From contig JBIOWP010000084.1 in assembly GCA_044868695.1 (NCBI GenBank), forward strand, positions 11,659-75,658: a DNA stretch of 64,000 bases, read 5' to 3'. Each line of letters opens with the position of its first letter. Positions within the stretch are counted from its first letter, which is position 1. A program made the translations under genes and the position numbers. The notes beneath the pieces are model-generated. The model was not told the DNA's origin, made no database searches, and saw nothing but the letters and a program-made list of their open reading frames with translations. This document shows, piece after piece, positions 34,578 to 44,042 of the stretch. The DNA is from a bacterium (GTDB lineage Bacteria; Sysuimicrobiota; Sysuimicrobiia; Sysuimicrobiales; Kaftiobacteriaceae).

Positions 34578-36033
34578 CCGCCTGTGCGGTCTTCTTGCTC
34601 CGCCGCTTCGGCTTTGCCGGCACGGTCCCCTCCGAGCTTTCGGCAGTCCCCAGCGCCTCGGTCGGCGCCGGGTCCGCCACGGCGGGCGCTGCCGAGGGCT
34701 CTGCGTGCTCCACCGCAGGCTCCGCAGTCTCTGCGGGGACATCCGCGGAAGGCGGCGCAGCAGTGGAAAGATCGGCAGCCGGGGTCTCTTCCGCGGCCGC
34801 GCCGGCGGGAGCCGACCCATCGCCGAATGCGGTCTCGGCCTCGGCCGCCGCGGCAACCGGCGCGCCCTCCGCGGGGACGCCCTCCGCGGGCACGCTCTCC
34901 GCAGGCACGCTCTCCGCCGGGACGCCTTCTGCGGGGACGGGAGCCTCCTCTTCAGGCAGGTCCACGAACAGCTTCTTGGCCTCGATCTCCTTGATCTGCG
35001 TTTCGCTCTTGATGTCGATCCGCCAGCCGGTCAGCTTCGCAGCCAGGCGCGCGTTCTGCCCCTCGCGGCCGATCGCCAGCGACAACTGGTTGTCCGGCAC
35101 GATGACCAGCGCGGTCTTCGTCTCCTCATGAATCTCCACCCGCGTCACTTTGGCGGGGCTGAGTGCGCCGGCGACGAAGAGCGCCTGGTCGATGTTCCAC
35201 GGCACGATGTCAATCTTCTCGCCCTTCAACTCATCCACGATGGACTGCACGCGGGTGCCTTTGGGCCCCACGCAGGCGCCGACGGCATCCACGTTCTTGT
35301 CCCGGGACGACACGGCGATCTTGCTGCGGGCGCCGGCTTCGCGCGCGATGGCTTTGATCTCCACGATGCCCTCGTAAATCTCCGGGACCTCCAGTTCGAA
35401 CAACCGCTTCAACAGGCCCGGGTGGGTGCGTGAGACGACGATCTGCGGACCGCGCGTGCCCTGGCGCACTTCCACCACGTAGGCTTTGATCCGTTCGCTC
35501 TGGCGGTAACTTTCCCGCGGGATCTGCTCCGTCGGAGGCAGGACGGCCTCGATCCGGCCCAGATCGAGATAGACGTTCTTCCGCTCGATCCGCTGGACCG
35601 TCCCGGTGACGATGTCGCCTTCGCGGTCGCGAAACTCCTTGTAGACCAGGTCGCGCTCCGCCTCGCGCAACCGCTGGACGACGACTTGTTTGGCGGTCTG
35701 CGCGGCGATCCGCCCGAAGTCGCGGGGCGTGACCTCGATCTCGACCATGTCCCCTACCTTGGCGGTCGGATCCCACTCCCGCGCCTCGTCGAGGGAGATC
35801 TGCGAGTGTTCATCCTCCACGGCCTCGACGATGGTCCGGATCTGGTAGGCCCGCATCTCGCCGGTCTCGCGGTCCACCTCGATGCGCATGTTCTGCGCCG
35901 AGGCGCCGTAGTTCTTCTTGTACGCGGACAGCAGCGCCGCCTCGATGGCCTCGATGATGACCTCTTTGCCGATGCCTTTTTCTTCCTCGATTTGCTCGAG
36001 GGCTTTCATCAGTTCGACGTTCATCCCGCCCAC
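34570..36033 (-). CDS. nusA: transcription termination/antitermination factor NusA
   Basis: 487 aa. NusA N-terminal domain, S1 and two KH domains, then an acidic Ala/Pro/Glu-rich tail with four VPAE(S/G) pentapeptide repeats. Confidence 0.9.
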   Translation of the reverse strand: MGGMNVELMKALEQIEEEKGIGKEVIIEAIEAALLSAYKKNYGASAQNMRIEVDRETGEMRAYQIRTIVEAVEDEHSQISLDEAREWDPTAKVGDMVEIEVTPRDFGRIAAQTAKQVVVQRLREAERDLVYKEFRDREGDIVTGTVQRIERKNVYLDLGRIEAVLPPTEQIPRESYRQSERIKAYVVEVRQGTRGPQIVVSRTHPGLLKRLFELEVPEIYEGIVEIKAIAREAGARSKIAVSSRDKNVDAVGACVGPKGTRVQSIVDELKGEKIDIVPWNIDQALFVAGALSPAKVTRVEIHEETKTALVIVPDNQLSLAIGREGQNARLAAKLTGWRIDIKSETQIKEIEAKKLFVDLPEEEAPVPAEGVPAESVPAESVPAEGVPAEGAPVAAAAEAETAFGDGSAPAGAAAEETPAADLSTAAPPSADVPAETAEPAVEHAEPSAAPAVADPAPTEALGTAESSEGTVPAKPKRRSKKTAQADA

Positions 36034-36050
36034 CTCATCACTGTCACGCC

Positions 36051-36542
36051 TTACGCCTGCAGGTCCGCGCGGAGGTCGTCCATCTCGACCACAAGGCGCG
36101 CCTGCGCGATCTGCGCCTTGGGCAGACGCACCTGCCGGTCATCCACCTGCAGGATCACCGCGTCCCCTATGACCCCCAGCAGGATGCCGCGGAAGTGCCG
36201 CTGTCCGTCGACCGGGCCGTACGTCGTAATCTCCGCTTTCCGGCCCGCAAACCGGCGGAAGTCCGCGTCGGAGCGGAGCGGCCGGTCGAGTCCCGGCGAT
36301 GACACCTCCAGCGTGTAGCGGTGCACGAAGATGTCATAGAGATCCAGCTGCCGGCTGAGGGATTCGCTCACCCGCGCGCACTCCTCCACGGTGATGCCCC
36401 CCTCGGGACGGTCCATCAACACCCGCAGCACCGTCCGGTGGGCCTCCCCTGAGACCGACACGTCCACCGTTTCCAGTCCAAGCCGCGCCGCGATCGGCCG
36501 CAGCAGCTCTTCCACCTGTGCTACCACGTCCTGGCGTGTCAT
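36051..36542 (-). CDS. rimP: ribosome maturation factor RimP
   Basis: Conserved start [28 protein letters not shown] at 36542 (163 aa). The track ORF is over-extended to 36665. Confidence 0.85.
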   Translation of the reverse strand: MTRQDVVAQVEELLRPIAARLGLETVDVSVSGEAHRTVLRVLMDRPEGGITVEECARVSESLSRQLDLYDIFVHRYTLEVSSPGLDRPLRSDADFRRFAGRKAEITTYGPVDGQRHFRGILLGVIGDAVILQVDDRQVRLPKAQIAQARLVVEMDDLRADLQA

Positions 36543-36559
36543 CGTCGTCCTTTTCCCAT

Positions 36560-36591
36560 AAAAAAGAGTGGGCCGAGACCTCCACCCACTC
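36560..36591 (-). terminator. intrinsic terminator in the rimP-nusA leader (candidate NusA-autoregulatory attenuator)
   Basis: Minus-strand RNA: GAGUGGG-UGGAGGUCUCGG-CCCACUC followed by UUUUUUAU, ending about 18 nt before the rimP ATG. Confidence 0.5.
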
Positions 36592-36641
36592 CGCAACGCT
36601 CCCAAGGCGGGAGCTCCCCATCCCTCTTGCGCCGCGCGTTG

Positions 36642-36670
36642 CACGCGACAGCCCAAGTATAGCACGCACC
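36642..36670 (-). promoter_or_regulatory. putative sigma-A promoter of the rimP-nusA-infB operon (TTGAAG, 17 bp spacer, TGc-TATACT)
   Basis: Minus strand reads cgTTGAAGcggccgggggtgcgtgcTATACTtggg about 95 nt upstream of rimP. Confidence 0.45.
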
Positions 36671-36766
36671 CCCGGCCGCTTCAACGCCGCCGCCGCGCGG
36701 TCTTCACGGCACGGGCGGGAAGAAAGCGCCGCCCGCGCAGCGAAGCCCCTTCTACGGAGGCGGACG

Positions 36767-38059
36767 ATGCTCATCAGGATCGAAGACGCGGCAGCGCACA
36801 CAGGGACGGAGATTGAAGTCCGGGGCTGGCTGTACCACCGGCGCAGTAGCGGAAGCATCCACTTCCTGATGATCCGCGACGGGTCTGGGCTCATGCAGGC
36901 GGTCCTGGCCAAGCAAGACGTCTCGCCCGCCGTGTTTGCCGCCGCCGCCGAAGCGACCCAGGAATCGGCTATCGTCGTGAAGGGAGTGGTGCGGGCAGAC
37001 CAGAGGGCGCCCGGAGGATTTGAGCTGACGGTCCGGGACCTGCGCGTCGTCCAGCAGGCGGCCCCCTACCCCATCACCCCAAAAGAGCACGGCGTCGAGT
37101 TCCTCATGGACCACCGCCACCTCTGGCTGCGCTCCCGGCACCAGCACGCGCTGATGCGCGTCCGGGCCGAGGTAATCCGGGCCGCCACGGAGTTTTTGGA
37201 TACTGCCGGGTATCTTCGCGTGGATGCCCCTATCCTCACGCCGGCGTCCGTGGAGGGCACCACGACGCTGTTCGAGACGCCCTATTTCGACCTGGGCAAA
37301 GCCTATCTGACGCAGTCGGGGCAGCTGTACAACGAAGCGGCCGCGATGGCATTCGGCCGGGTGTACTGCTTCGGCCCGACGTTTCGCGCGGAGAAGTCCA
37401 AGACCCGGCGTCACCTCACGGAGTTCTGGATGCTTGAGCCCGAGGCCGCGTACATGACCCTCGACGAGTACATGGATCTGGCCGAGGCCCTCGTCTGCGC
37501 CATCGTGGGGCAGGTGCTGGAGCGCCGCCTGACGGAGCTCCAGGTCCTGGAGCGCGACGTCGCCAAACTCCAGGCCGTACGCCCGCCGTTCCCGCGCCTG
37601 TCATACGATGAGGCGCTGGCGAAACTCCGGGCCGCGGGCACACCGCTTCCGTGGGGGGACGATCTCGGCGGCGACGAGGAAACGGTGATCTCGTCTGCGT
37701 TCGACCGTCCGGTCTTCATCCACCATTATCCGGCGCAGTGCAAGGCATTCTACATGCAGCCGGACGACGATCGCGCCGAGGTCGTGCTCTCGGCGGATCT
37801 GCTGGCCAGCGAAGGGTACGGGGAGATCGTCGGCGGAGGCCAGCGCATCCACGACCCGGGGCTGCTGCAGCGCCGGCTGCGGGAGCACGGGCTGCCGGAG
37901 GAAGTCTACCGGTGGTACTCGGACCTGCGGCAGTACGGATCGGTTCCGCACTGCGGGTTCGGGATCGGCATCGAGCGCACGGTGGCCTGGATCGCGGGCA
38001 TCGAGCACGTGCGCGAGGCGATTCCGTTTCCGAGGCTCTTGAACCGCCTCTATCCGTAG
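36767..38059 (+). CDS. asnS: asparagine--tRNA ligase
   Basis: Conserved start [13 protein letters not shown] at 36767 (430 aa). Class IIb motifs: [35 protein letters not shown]. The track ORF is over-extended to 36518. Confidence 0.9.
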   Translation: MLIRIEDAAAHTGTEIEVRGWLYHRRSSGSIHFLMIRDGSGLMQAVLAKQDVSPAVFAAAAEATQESAIVVKGVVRADQRAPGGFELTVRDLRVVQQAAPYPITPKEHGVEFLMDHRHLWLRSRHQHALMRVRAEVIRAATEFLDTAGYLRVDAPILTPASVEGTTTLFETPYFDLGKAYLTQSGQLYNEAAAMAFGRVYCFGPTFRAEKSKTRRHLTEFWMLEPEAAYMTLDEYMDLAEALVCAIVGQVLERRLTELQVLERDVAKLQAVRPPFPRLSYDEALAKLRAAGTPLPWGDDLGGDEETVISSAFDRPVFIHHYPAQCKAFYMQPDDDRAEVVLSADLLASEGYGEIVGGGQRIHDPGLLQRRLREHGLPEEVYRWYSDLRQYGSVPHCGFGIGIERTVAWIAGIEHVREAIPFPRLLNRLYP

Positions 38060-38076
38060 CGGCAGGAGGACAGCCT

Positions 38077-39345
38077 ATGGGTCTCCGTGGTGGACGGTGG
38101 ATGCGAGCGGCGCTCGGCCTCGCCGTCCTGCTCGCGTTGCCGGCGTCGGGCGCCGGGCCGGTGACGGTGACGTTCTGGCACGGCATGAGCGGTGTGCTCC
38201 AGCCGGCCCTCGCCGAGCTCACCGCGGACTTCAACACGCTGAATCCCGGGATCGCCGTGACCGCGCAGTATCAGGGGAACTATCCCACCTTGAACCAGAA
38301 GGTGATTGCCGCGGTGGCCGCCGGCAATCCCCCGACCATCACCCAGCTCTTCCCCAACTGGACGGAGGTGCTGATCCGCGCGAATGCGCTGGTCCCTGTG
38401 GCCAATTTCATTCAGGGAGCCGACGGGCTCTCGGCCGAGAGCCTGAATGACATTCTCCCGATCCTCCGGCAGGAGAACACCTTCGGCGGCGTCCTGTGGA
38501 CCCTGCCGTTCAACAAGAGCGTCTACCTCCTCTTCTACAATGCCGACCTGCTGAAAGAACACCAGCAGAAGGTGCCGCAGACGTGGGACGATCTGGCGAG
38601 CGTCGCCAAGGCGCTGACCAAAGAGGACGGCGGGCGGACGGTGCGGTACGGGTTCGTGGTCCGGCCGACCGTCGAGTACTTCACGACCTTTCTGCTGACC
38701 AACGGCGGCGAGTTCTTCCAGCCCGGCGGGAAGGCGTTTGCGTTCAACAGCCCAGCCGGCGTGGAAGCGCTCCAGTACCTGGTCGACCTGATCGCCCTCC
38801 ACAAGGCCGCGTACGTCCTGCCAGGATTCCCAGATGGAGATTTCGGCGCGGGGAAGACGGCGATGTACATTGCCACCAACCCCGGGCTCGCGTTTGCCAA
38901 AGCCGCGGTCGCCGGCAAGTTCACGATCGGCCTCGCCCCGCTGCCGTACAAACGGGTCCGGTCGACGCTGCTCACCGGGACGAACGTCGGAATCATGGCG
39001 CGGGCCACCCCGGAGCAGCAGGCCGCGGCGTGGAAATACCTCAAGTTCATCACCGGGACCACCGGGACCACCCGGTGGTCACTGCGGACGTTCTACATGC
39101 CGGTCCGCCGGTCGGCCCGCGACTCCACGCTGATGCAGGTCTACCTCCGCGACAATCCCGAGCATCAGGCGGGCCTGGACTCACTGGCGTTCGCCCGTAC
39201 GGATCCCAGCATTGCTGAATGGGAAGAGGTGCGGGACATCGTTGCCGGCGCAGTGGAGGAAGCGGTGCTGGGCAAGAAGACGCCGCGCCAGGCGCTGGAT
39301 GAGGCGACCGCGAAGGCCAACCGCCTGCTGGCGCAGCGCAAGTAG
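38077..39345 (+). CDS. ABC transporter extracellular solute-binding protein, family 1 (carbohydrate type)
   Basis: ATG at 38077 preceded by GGCAGGAGGA. Signal peptide MGLRGGRWMRAALGLAVLLALPASGAGP. Confidence 0.85.
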   Translation: MGLRGGRWMRAALGLAVLLALPASGAGPVTVTFWHGMSGVLQPALAELTADFNTLNPGIAVTAQYQGNYPTLNQKVIAAVAAGNPPTITQLFPNWTEVLIRANALVPVANFIQGADGLSAESLNDILPILRQENTFGGVLWTLPFNKSVYLLFYNADLLKEHQQKVPQTWDDLASVAKALTKEDGGRTVRYGFVVRPTVEYFTTFLLTNGGEFFQPGGKAFAFNSPAGVEALQYLVDLIALHKAAYVLPGFPDGDFGAGKTAMYIATNPGLAFAKAAVAGKFTIGLAPLPYKRVRSTLLTGTNVGIMARATPEQQAAAWKYLKFITGTTGTTRWSLRTFYMPVRRSARDSTLMQVYLRDNPEHQAGLDSLAFARTDPSIAEWEEVRDIVAGAVEEAVLGKKTPRQALDEATAKANRLLAQRK

Positions 39346-40241
39346 TGCGGCCGCGCCGGGTGCGCCGGGCGCGTGAGCATCTGGAAGCCTACGGCTTCCT
39401 GCTGCCGGCCGCGCTCGTGCTGGCCGTCTTCCATCTCCTGCCGATCGCCTACGCATTCTACGTCAGCCTGCTGCGGTGGAACCTTCTCGATCCCGACCGG
39501 CCGTTTGTTGGACTGGACAACTACCGCCAGCTCGCGTCAGACGCCAGGTTTCTCACCGCGCTGTGGAATACGGCGTACTTTGCGGTCGTGTCGGTGGGCG
39601 TGGCCATCCCGCTGGCGTTGGGATGCGCCCTGCTGCTGAACCGCCGGCTGGCGGGGATGTCCGTGTACCGCACGGCGTTCTTTATCCCGTACGTGACGCC
39701 GCTGGCGGCCGCGGCCATGGCGTGGAAGTGGCTCTACCATCCGGACTCCTTCGGCCTGCTCAACACGCTGCTCGGGGCGATCGGGCTCCCTGCGCAGCCG
39801 TGGCTGCTGGATCCGGGGCAGGCAATGCCGGCGGTGATCGCGGTGGCAATCTGGGCCGGGATGGGCCGGGACGTCGTCATCTTCCTCGCTGGGCTGCAGC
39901 ACATTGCGCCCGAATACTACGAGGCGGCGGCGCTGGACGGGGCCGGGACCTGGCAGCGGCTGCGCCACATCACCCTGCCGCTGCTCTCGCCGACGACCTA
40001 TTTCATCCTGCTCATCAGCATGATTGGGGCGTTCAAAGTGTTCGCGCTGCCGCTGTTTCTCACCGACGGGGGGCCGCTGGACCGCACGTTCACCATCGTC
40101 TTCTCCATCTATAGGCAGGGGTTTACGTATTTCCGGATGGGCTACGCCTCGGCGCAGGCGTACGCCCTGTTCGCGATTATCTTCATCCTGACGATGCTGC
40201 AGCGGCGTGTGCTCGCCGGCCGCGTGCACTACGACAGCTGA
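39345..40241 (+). CDS. carbohydrate ABC transporter permease (MalF/UgpA-like)
   Basis: 298 aa. Six TM segments with the EAA loop region. Confidence 0.85.
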   Translation: MRPRRVRRAREHLEAYGFLLPAALVLAVFHLLPIAYAFYVSLLRWNLLDPDRPFVGLDNYRQLASDARFLTALWNTAYFAVVSVGVAIPLALGCALLLNRRLAGMSVYRTAFFIPYVTPLAAAAMAWKWLYHPDSFGLLNTLLGAIGLPAQPWLLDPGQAMPAVIAVAIWAGMGRDVVIFLAGLQHIAPEYYEAAALDGAGTWQRLRHITLPLLSPTTYFILLISMIGAFKVFALPLFLTDGGPLDRTFTIVFSIYRQGFTYFRMGYASAQAYALFAIIFILTMLQRRVLAGRVHYDS

Positions 40242-41053
40242 TGGCGGCCCGGGTGCTCGTGCATGCCGTCCTGCTGGCCGGCGCCGCGGCGATGCTCCTG
40301 CCCTATTACCTGATGGTCGCAACGTCGCTCAAGCCGCTGGGGGAGGTGTTTACCGACCCGTTCACGTGGATCCCGTCCGCCATGGCATGGGAGAACTACG
40401 TTGACGCCTGGACCCACGCGCCGTTTGCCAGGTACTTCTTCAACAGCGCGGTCATCGCGACCGCGGAAACGCTCGGCGTGCTGGTGACCTCGGCGCTCGC
40501 AGCCTACGCCTTTTCCAGGATGCGGTTTGCCGGGCGGGAGCTGCTGTTTGTGCTCTTCTTGGGGACGTTGATGGTGCCGGGGGAGGTGCAGCTGGTGCCC
40601 AATTACATCACGATTACACGCCTGGGGTGGCTCAACACCTATGCCGCGCTGATCGTCCCCTGGCTGGCCAGCGTCTTCGGGATTTTCTTCCTCCGGCAGT
40701 CCTTTGCCACGATCCCCCAAGAGCTCCAGGACGCCGCCACCGTCGACGGCGCGTCGCACCTGACGTTCTTATGGCGTGTGGTGGCGCCGCTCAGCACGCC
40801 GGCGTTCATTACGGTGGCGCTGCTCACCTTTTTGGGATCGTGGAACGCCCTGACCTGGCCGCTGATCGTCACGAATACGCCGGAGATGCGCCCGATCATG
40901 GTCGGCCTCCTGTCGTTCTCCACGGAGTGGGGCACGCAGCCCAGGCTGCTGATGGCGGCCGCGACGTTTTCGACCGCGCCGGTCCTGCTGCTGTTTTTTG
41001 TGCTGCAGCGCTACTTCGTCGAGGGGATTGCCAGGTCGGGGCTCACGCGCTAG
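40241..41053 (+). CDS. carbohydrate ABC transporter permease (MalG/UgpE-like)
   Basis: 270 aa. Start overlaps the previous stop (ATGA). No ATPase gene in the operon, so it probably shares an MsmX-like ATPase. Confidence 0.85.
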   Translation: MAARVLVHAVLLAGAAAMLLPYYLMVATSLKPLGEVFTDPFTWIPSAMAWENYVDAWTHAPFARYFFNSAVIATAETLGVLVTSALAAYAFSRMRFAGRELLFVLFLGTLMVPGEVQLVPNYITITRLGWLNTYAALIVPWLASVFGIFFLRQSFATIPQELQDAATVDGASHLTFLWRVVAPLSTPAFITVALLTFLGSWNALTWPLIVTNTPEMRPIMVGLLSFSTEWGTQPRLLMAAATFSTAPVLLLFFVLQRYFVEGIARSGLTR

Positions 41054-41057
41054 CTGA

Positions 41058-41146
41058 GGGGGAACGCGGGAACGGGGGAACGCGGAAACACGATACGGTC
41101 CGACGTTAGCGCCGCGTTTCCTCGCTTCCACGTTTCCGTGTTTCCG
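41058..41146. repeat. tandem-hexamer inverted-repeat hairpin element (GGGAAC/GGAAAC units) between the convergent sugar permease and bcp
   Basis: Left arm gggggaacgcgggaacgggggaacgcggaaacacg, 20-nt loop, right arm cgcgtttcctcgcttccacgtttccgtgtttccg. The right arm encodes the Bcp C-terminal tail TETRKRGSEETRR. Confidence 0.55.
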
Positions 41147-41606
41147 TTAGTTGTTTCAGCGCCTCCAGCACTGCGGCGCTGTGGCCGCTGACCTGCACCT
41201 TCGGGAACACTTTCACGATCGTCCCGTGCTCGTCGATGATGAACGTCGTCCGCGCGACGCCCCAGTACGTCTTGCCCATCATGGATTTCTCCGCCCAGAC
41301 CCCGTACCGGTTCGCGACGGCATGATCCGTGTCGGCCAGCAATGGGTGAGGAATCCGCAGCTTCTCCTTCCACCTGGCGTGGGACTCCACCGTGTCGGTG
41401 CTCACGCCCAGGATCTCCGCGTGCAGGGTCGTATAGGCCGCGTAGTCGTCACGGAACGCGGTGGCCTCGATGGTTCAGCCGGCCGTGTCATCCCGGACGT
41501 AGAACCACAGCACGACCCTCCTGCCGCGAAAATCCGAGAGTGCCACCCGCCGGCCGTGATCGTCCGTCAGCGTGAACTGCGGAGCCGTTTCGCCTTCTGC
41601 AACCAC
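41106..41606 (-). CDS. Bcp/PrxQ-type peroxiredoxin with in-frame TGA (41475..41477) at the peroxidatic-Cys codon; candidate selenoprotein (PrxU-like), alternatively a nonsense pseudogene
   Basis: Two track ORFs (41475..41723 and 41106..41405) are in the same frame, separated only by the TGA. Joined product: [58 protein letters not shown]...GVSTDTVESHARW...YGVW..MGKTYWGVARTTFIIDEHGTIV. It aligns to E. coli Bcp FYPKAMTPGCTVQACGLRD with the TGA at the Cp position. GTG start at 41606 is preceded by AGGAGGAG. A GC-rich hairpin begins about 10 nt 3' of the UGA. Confidence 0.6.
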
Positions 41607-41674
41607 TGGAGTCTCCTCCTGCGCGCCACGTGCGCGCACGAAGACATTAGACCCGGTCCGGCGAACTCCCTGTC

Positions 41675-42352
41675 GTGATGCGGCCGGACGAAGTCGCGCT
41701 GATCTTTGATCTCGACAACACACTGCTCATGTCCAACATCGACTTCCTGGCGGTGCGCCACCGCCTGATCGATCTCCTCGAGCATGCGGGGGCGGCCGGG
41801 CCGCCCCGCGACGCGCTGGTGCCCCTCGCACTGCCGGAGCTGGTGGCCCTGGGCGCCGCCGCCAGCGCGTCCCTGGCCGACGCGATGTGGGAGGTCATCC
41901 GGCAGGCGGAGCTTGCCGGCCTGGCCGGCGCGACGCTGGACGCGGCGGCCCCCGTCGTGCTTGAGGCGTTCCGCGCCCGCGGGTTCCAGCTCGCGATGCT
42001 GACCAACAACGCCAGCGAGATGCTGGCGGAGGTGCTTGCCACCTTCGGCCTGGCCCAGTACTTTCGTGTGATGGCCGCCCGCGACACCGTGCCGGCGCTC
42101 AAGCCCGCGCCCGACGGGATCCGCCACGTGCTGGCGCAGCTGGCGGGCATCCGCCGCGCCTACATGATCGGCGACGCCTGGATTGACGCGGGCGCCGCAC
42201 ACGCCGCCGGCGTGAGATTCATCGGCGTCGGTCCCAGGCGGGATACCGTGGAAGCGCGGGGGATTCCAATCTGGGCGTGGGCGGACGATCTGTCGGCGCT
42301 GCTGACGCTGGACCTTGTGGGGAAGGCGCGCGACAGGGAGTCGGAGAGTTGA
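41675..42352 (+). CDS. HAD-superfamily hydrolase (phosphoglycolate-phosphatase-like)
   Basis: 225 aa. Motif I IFDLDNTL, motif III K, motif IV GDAWIDAGAA. Confidence 0.8.
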   Translation: MMRPDEVALIFDLDNTLLMSNIDFLAVRHRLIDLLEHAGAAGPPRDALVPLALPELVALGAAASASLADAMWEVIRQAELAGLAGATLDAAAPVVLEAFRARGFQLAMLTNNASEMLAEVLATFGLAQYFRVMAARDTVPALKPAPDGIRHVLAQLAGIRRAYMIGDAWIDAGAAHAAGVRFIGVGPRRDTVEARGIPIWAWADDLSALLTLDLVGKARDRESES

Positions 42353-42421
42353 AGAGTTGGAAAGTTGAAGAGTCAACCAAAAATTCTCGACTGACGTTCC
42401 AACTCTCCAACTTTTCAACTG
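42344..42421. repeat. tandem-heptamer inverted-repeat hairpin element (GAGTTGA units), AT-rich
   Basis: Left arm gagagttgaagagttggaaagttgaagagtc, 21-nt loop, right arm gttccaactctccaacttttcaactg. Lies between the convergent HAD hydrolase and the Cys-rich small gene. Confidence 0.55.
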
Positions 42422-42430
42422 CAGTTCGCG

Positions 42431-42829
42431 TTACCAGAGATGCTTGAACTTGGCCGCAAACCGCCGCTCCATCTCCTCTTGATGGAGCGCGTACACCGGG
42501 CATTCCCGGAGGCGGCAGATATGCAGCGCGGTATTGCAGTACGCCTCGGACAGCTCCCAGCACTTCTTGTTGACGAAGTACGCGGCGCACACCCCCTTCT
42601 TCGGGTGCAGCACCAGCTCGTCCAGCCCCCGGACCGGCTCGGGGACCGCCGGGGAAGCGTCACGCACCAGCCGCAGGATGGGCCGGTCGGCCGGCGCCGG
42701 CTCCCGCGAGGCGGGAGGCTTCGGCGGGACGGCGGGAGCGGGTGCCGACGTGAACGCCGCGAGCTCGGCCGAGGTGTCCTGGATGAACGCCCTAATGCCG
42801 CGCCGCAGTTCCTCGCGTTCTTTCCTCAT
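42431..42829 (-). CDS. hypothetical Cys-rich protein (C-terminal CX8CX7CX6CX4C cluster)
   Basis: 132 aa. The last gene of the ParA-like cluster; its 5' end overlaps the ParA stop. No family recognised. Confidence 0.45.
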   Translation of the reverse strand: MRKEREELRRGIRAFIQDTSAELAAFTSAPAPAVPPKPPASREPAPADRPILRLVRDASPAVPEPVRGLDELVLHPKKGVCAAYFVNKKCWELSEAYCNTALHICRLRECPVYALHQEEMERRFAAKFKHLW

Positions 42830-43619
42830 GGAGCTTCATGACCTCCTTGGCCAGTTCCATGTACTCCTGCGCGCCGCGCGACGACGAGTCGTGGACCAGC
42901 AGCGGCACGCCCACCATCGATGACTCCACCAGCTTGATGTTGAAGTGGATGCTGGTGGAGAAGACCTTATCCCCAAAGAAATCCTTGATGCCCTGCACAA
43001 TCTCCTTGCTGATATTGGTCCGGGAGTCGTACATCGTCGGCAGGACGCCCAGGATCTCGACCTGATGGCCAACCTCTTCACGCACCATCTTCAGTGTCCG
43101 CAGCAGCTGCCGCATCCCCAGCAGCGCGTAGTAGTGGGTCTGGATCGGGATGATGACGTCGTCGCTGGCGACCAGCGCGTTGAGGGTCAATAGCCCCAGG
43201 CTCGGCGGGGTATCTATAAAGATGTATGCGTACTCCGAGAGGACCGGTCCCATCCGCTTGCGCAGCGAGTTCTCCCGGCCGATCCGCGCCGCCAGTTCCA
43301 GCTCCGCGGCCGCCAGGTCGATGGACGACGGGGCCAGGAACAGATTGCTGACCGTGGTCGGGACAATGATCTGCGAGAGCGAGACGGACGCATCGTCCTG
43401 GTCTTCGCTCACCATCAGGTGGTACACCGTTCTGGTCAATCCCCCGGGATCGACGCCGAGGCTGACCGTCGCGTTGGCCTGGGGATCCAGATCGATCAGC
43501 AGGATCTTCCGGCCGCTGACGGCAAGACAGGCTGCAAGGTTGACCGCCGTCGTCGTCTTCGCGCAGCCACCCTTCTGGTTGACGAGCGCGATCACTCGGG
43601 CGGGTTGCGAGTGCGCCAC
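42792..43619 (-). CDS. ParA/MinD-family P-loop ATPase with atypical Walker A KGGCAKTT
   Basis: 275 aa. NQKGGCAKTT deviant Walker A (A in place of the second Gly), DLDPQAN, DTPP Walker B. No parB in the window. Confidence 0.8.
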   Translation of the reverse strand: MAHSQPARVIALVNQKGGCAKTTTAVNLAACLAVSGRKILLIDLDPQANATVSLGVDPGGLTRTVYHLMVSEDQDDASVSLSQIIVPTTVSNLFLAPSSIDLAAAELELAARIGRENSLRKRMGPVLSEYAYIFIDTPPSLGLLTLNALVASDDVIIPIQTHYYALLGMRQLLRTLKMVREEVGHQVEILGVLPTMYDSRTNISKEIVQGIKDFFGDKVFSTSIHFNIKLVESSMVGVPLLVHDSSSRGAQEYMELAKEVMKLHEERTRGTAARH

Positions 43620-43649
43620 ACGATCCTCCCGCGTACCGTGGTGCGGGGG

Positions 43650-44042
43650 TCAGCGATCCAGGAGCCAGGCCAGGCGCCGGTCGACGGCGTCCAGGACCGC
43701 GGCAACCGCGGCGTCCTCCAGCGGTCCGCCCCGGCCGAGCGCGCTCCCGACCAGGTGCTCCTGTCCCCGCGGCGTATCCACGACGACGTGCGTCACCACC
43801 GCGGGTCCGGCCCCTACGAGCTCACTGCTCGCTCGCTGGAGCACGAACGTTGTGTCCGGCGGCGCCACCTGGCGGACGGCTTGGACCGCGGCTTCCGCCG
43901 CGACCTGCACCCCGCCCGACTCTCCGGCCGGACGCTCGACCCGTGCGGTGAGCACGGTATCGTCGTGCAGCAAATTCACAGTGACCGCCACGCGTCCCGG
44001 CGTCCGTTCGACGCGAACCCCTGCCACCCGCAGCCGCGCCAT
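43650..44042 (-). CDS. hypothetical protein with an internal duplication of a ~60-aa domain
   Basis: Conserved-looking start MARLRVAGVRVERTPGRVAVTV. Two similar halves, each ending in an AAEAAVQAV / AAVAAVLDAV helix. First gene of the ParA-like cluster. Confidence 0.45.
   Translation of the reverse strand: MARLRVAGVRVERTPGRVAVTVNLLHDDTVLTARVERPAGESGGVQVAAEAAVQAVRQVAPPDTTFVLQRASSELVGAGPAVVTHVVVDTPRGQEHLVGSALGRGGPLEDAAVAAVLDAVDRRLAWLLDR

Noticed and set aside
41106-41723. Bcp split into two ORFs read as a simple nonsense pseudogene
   Set aside because: Not rejected outright, but judged less likely than selenocysteine recoding. The stop is a TGA, sits exactly at the catalytic Cys, the rest of the frame is intact, and a hairpin follows. 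Kept as an alternative in the feature call.
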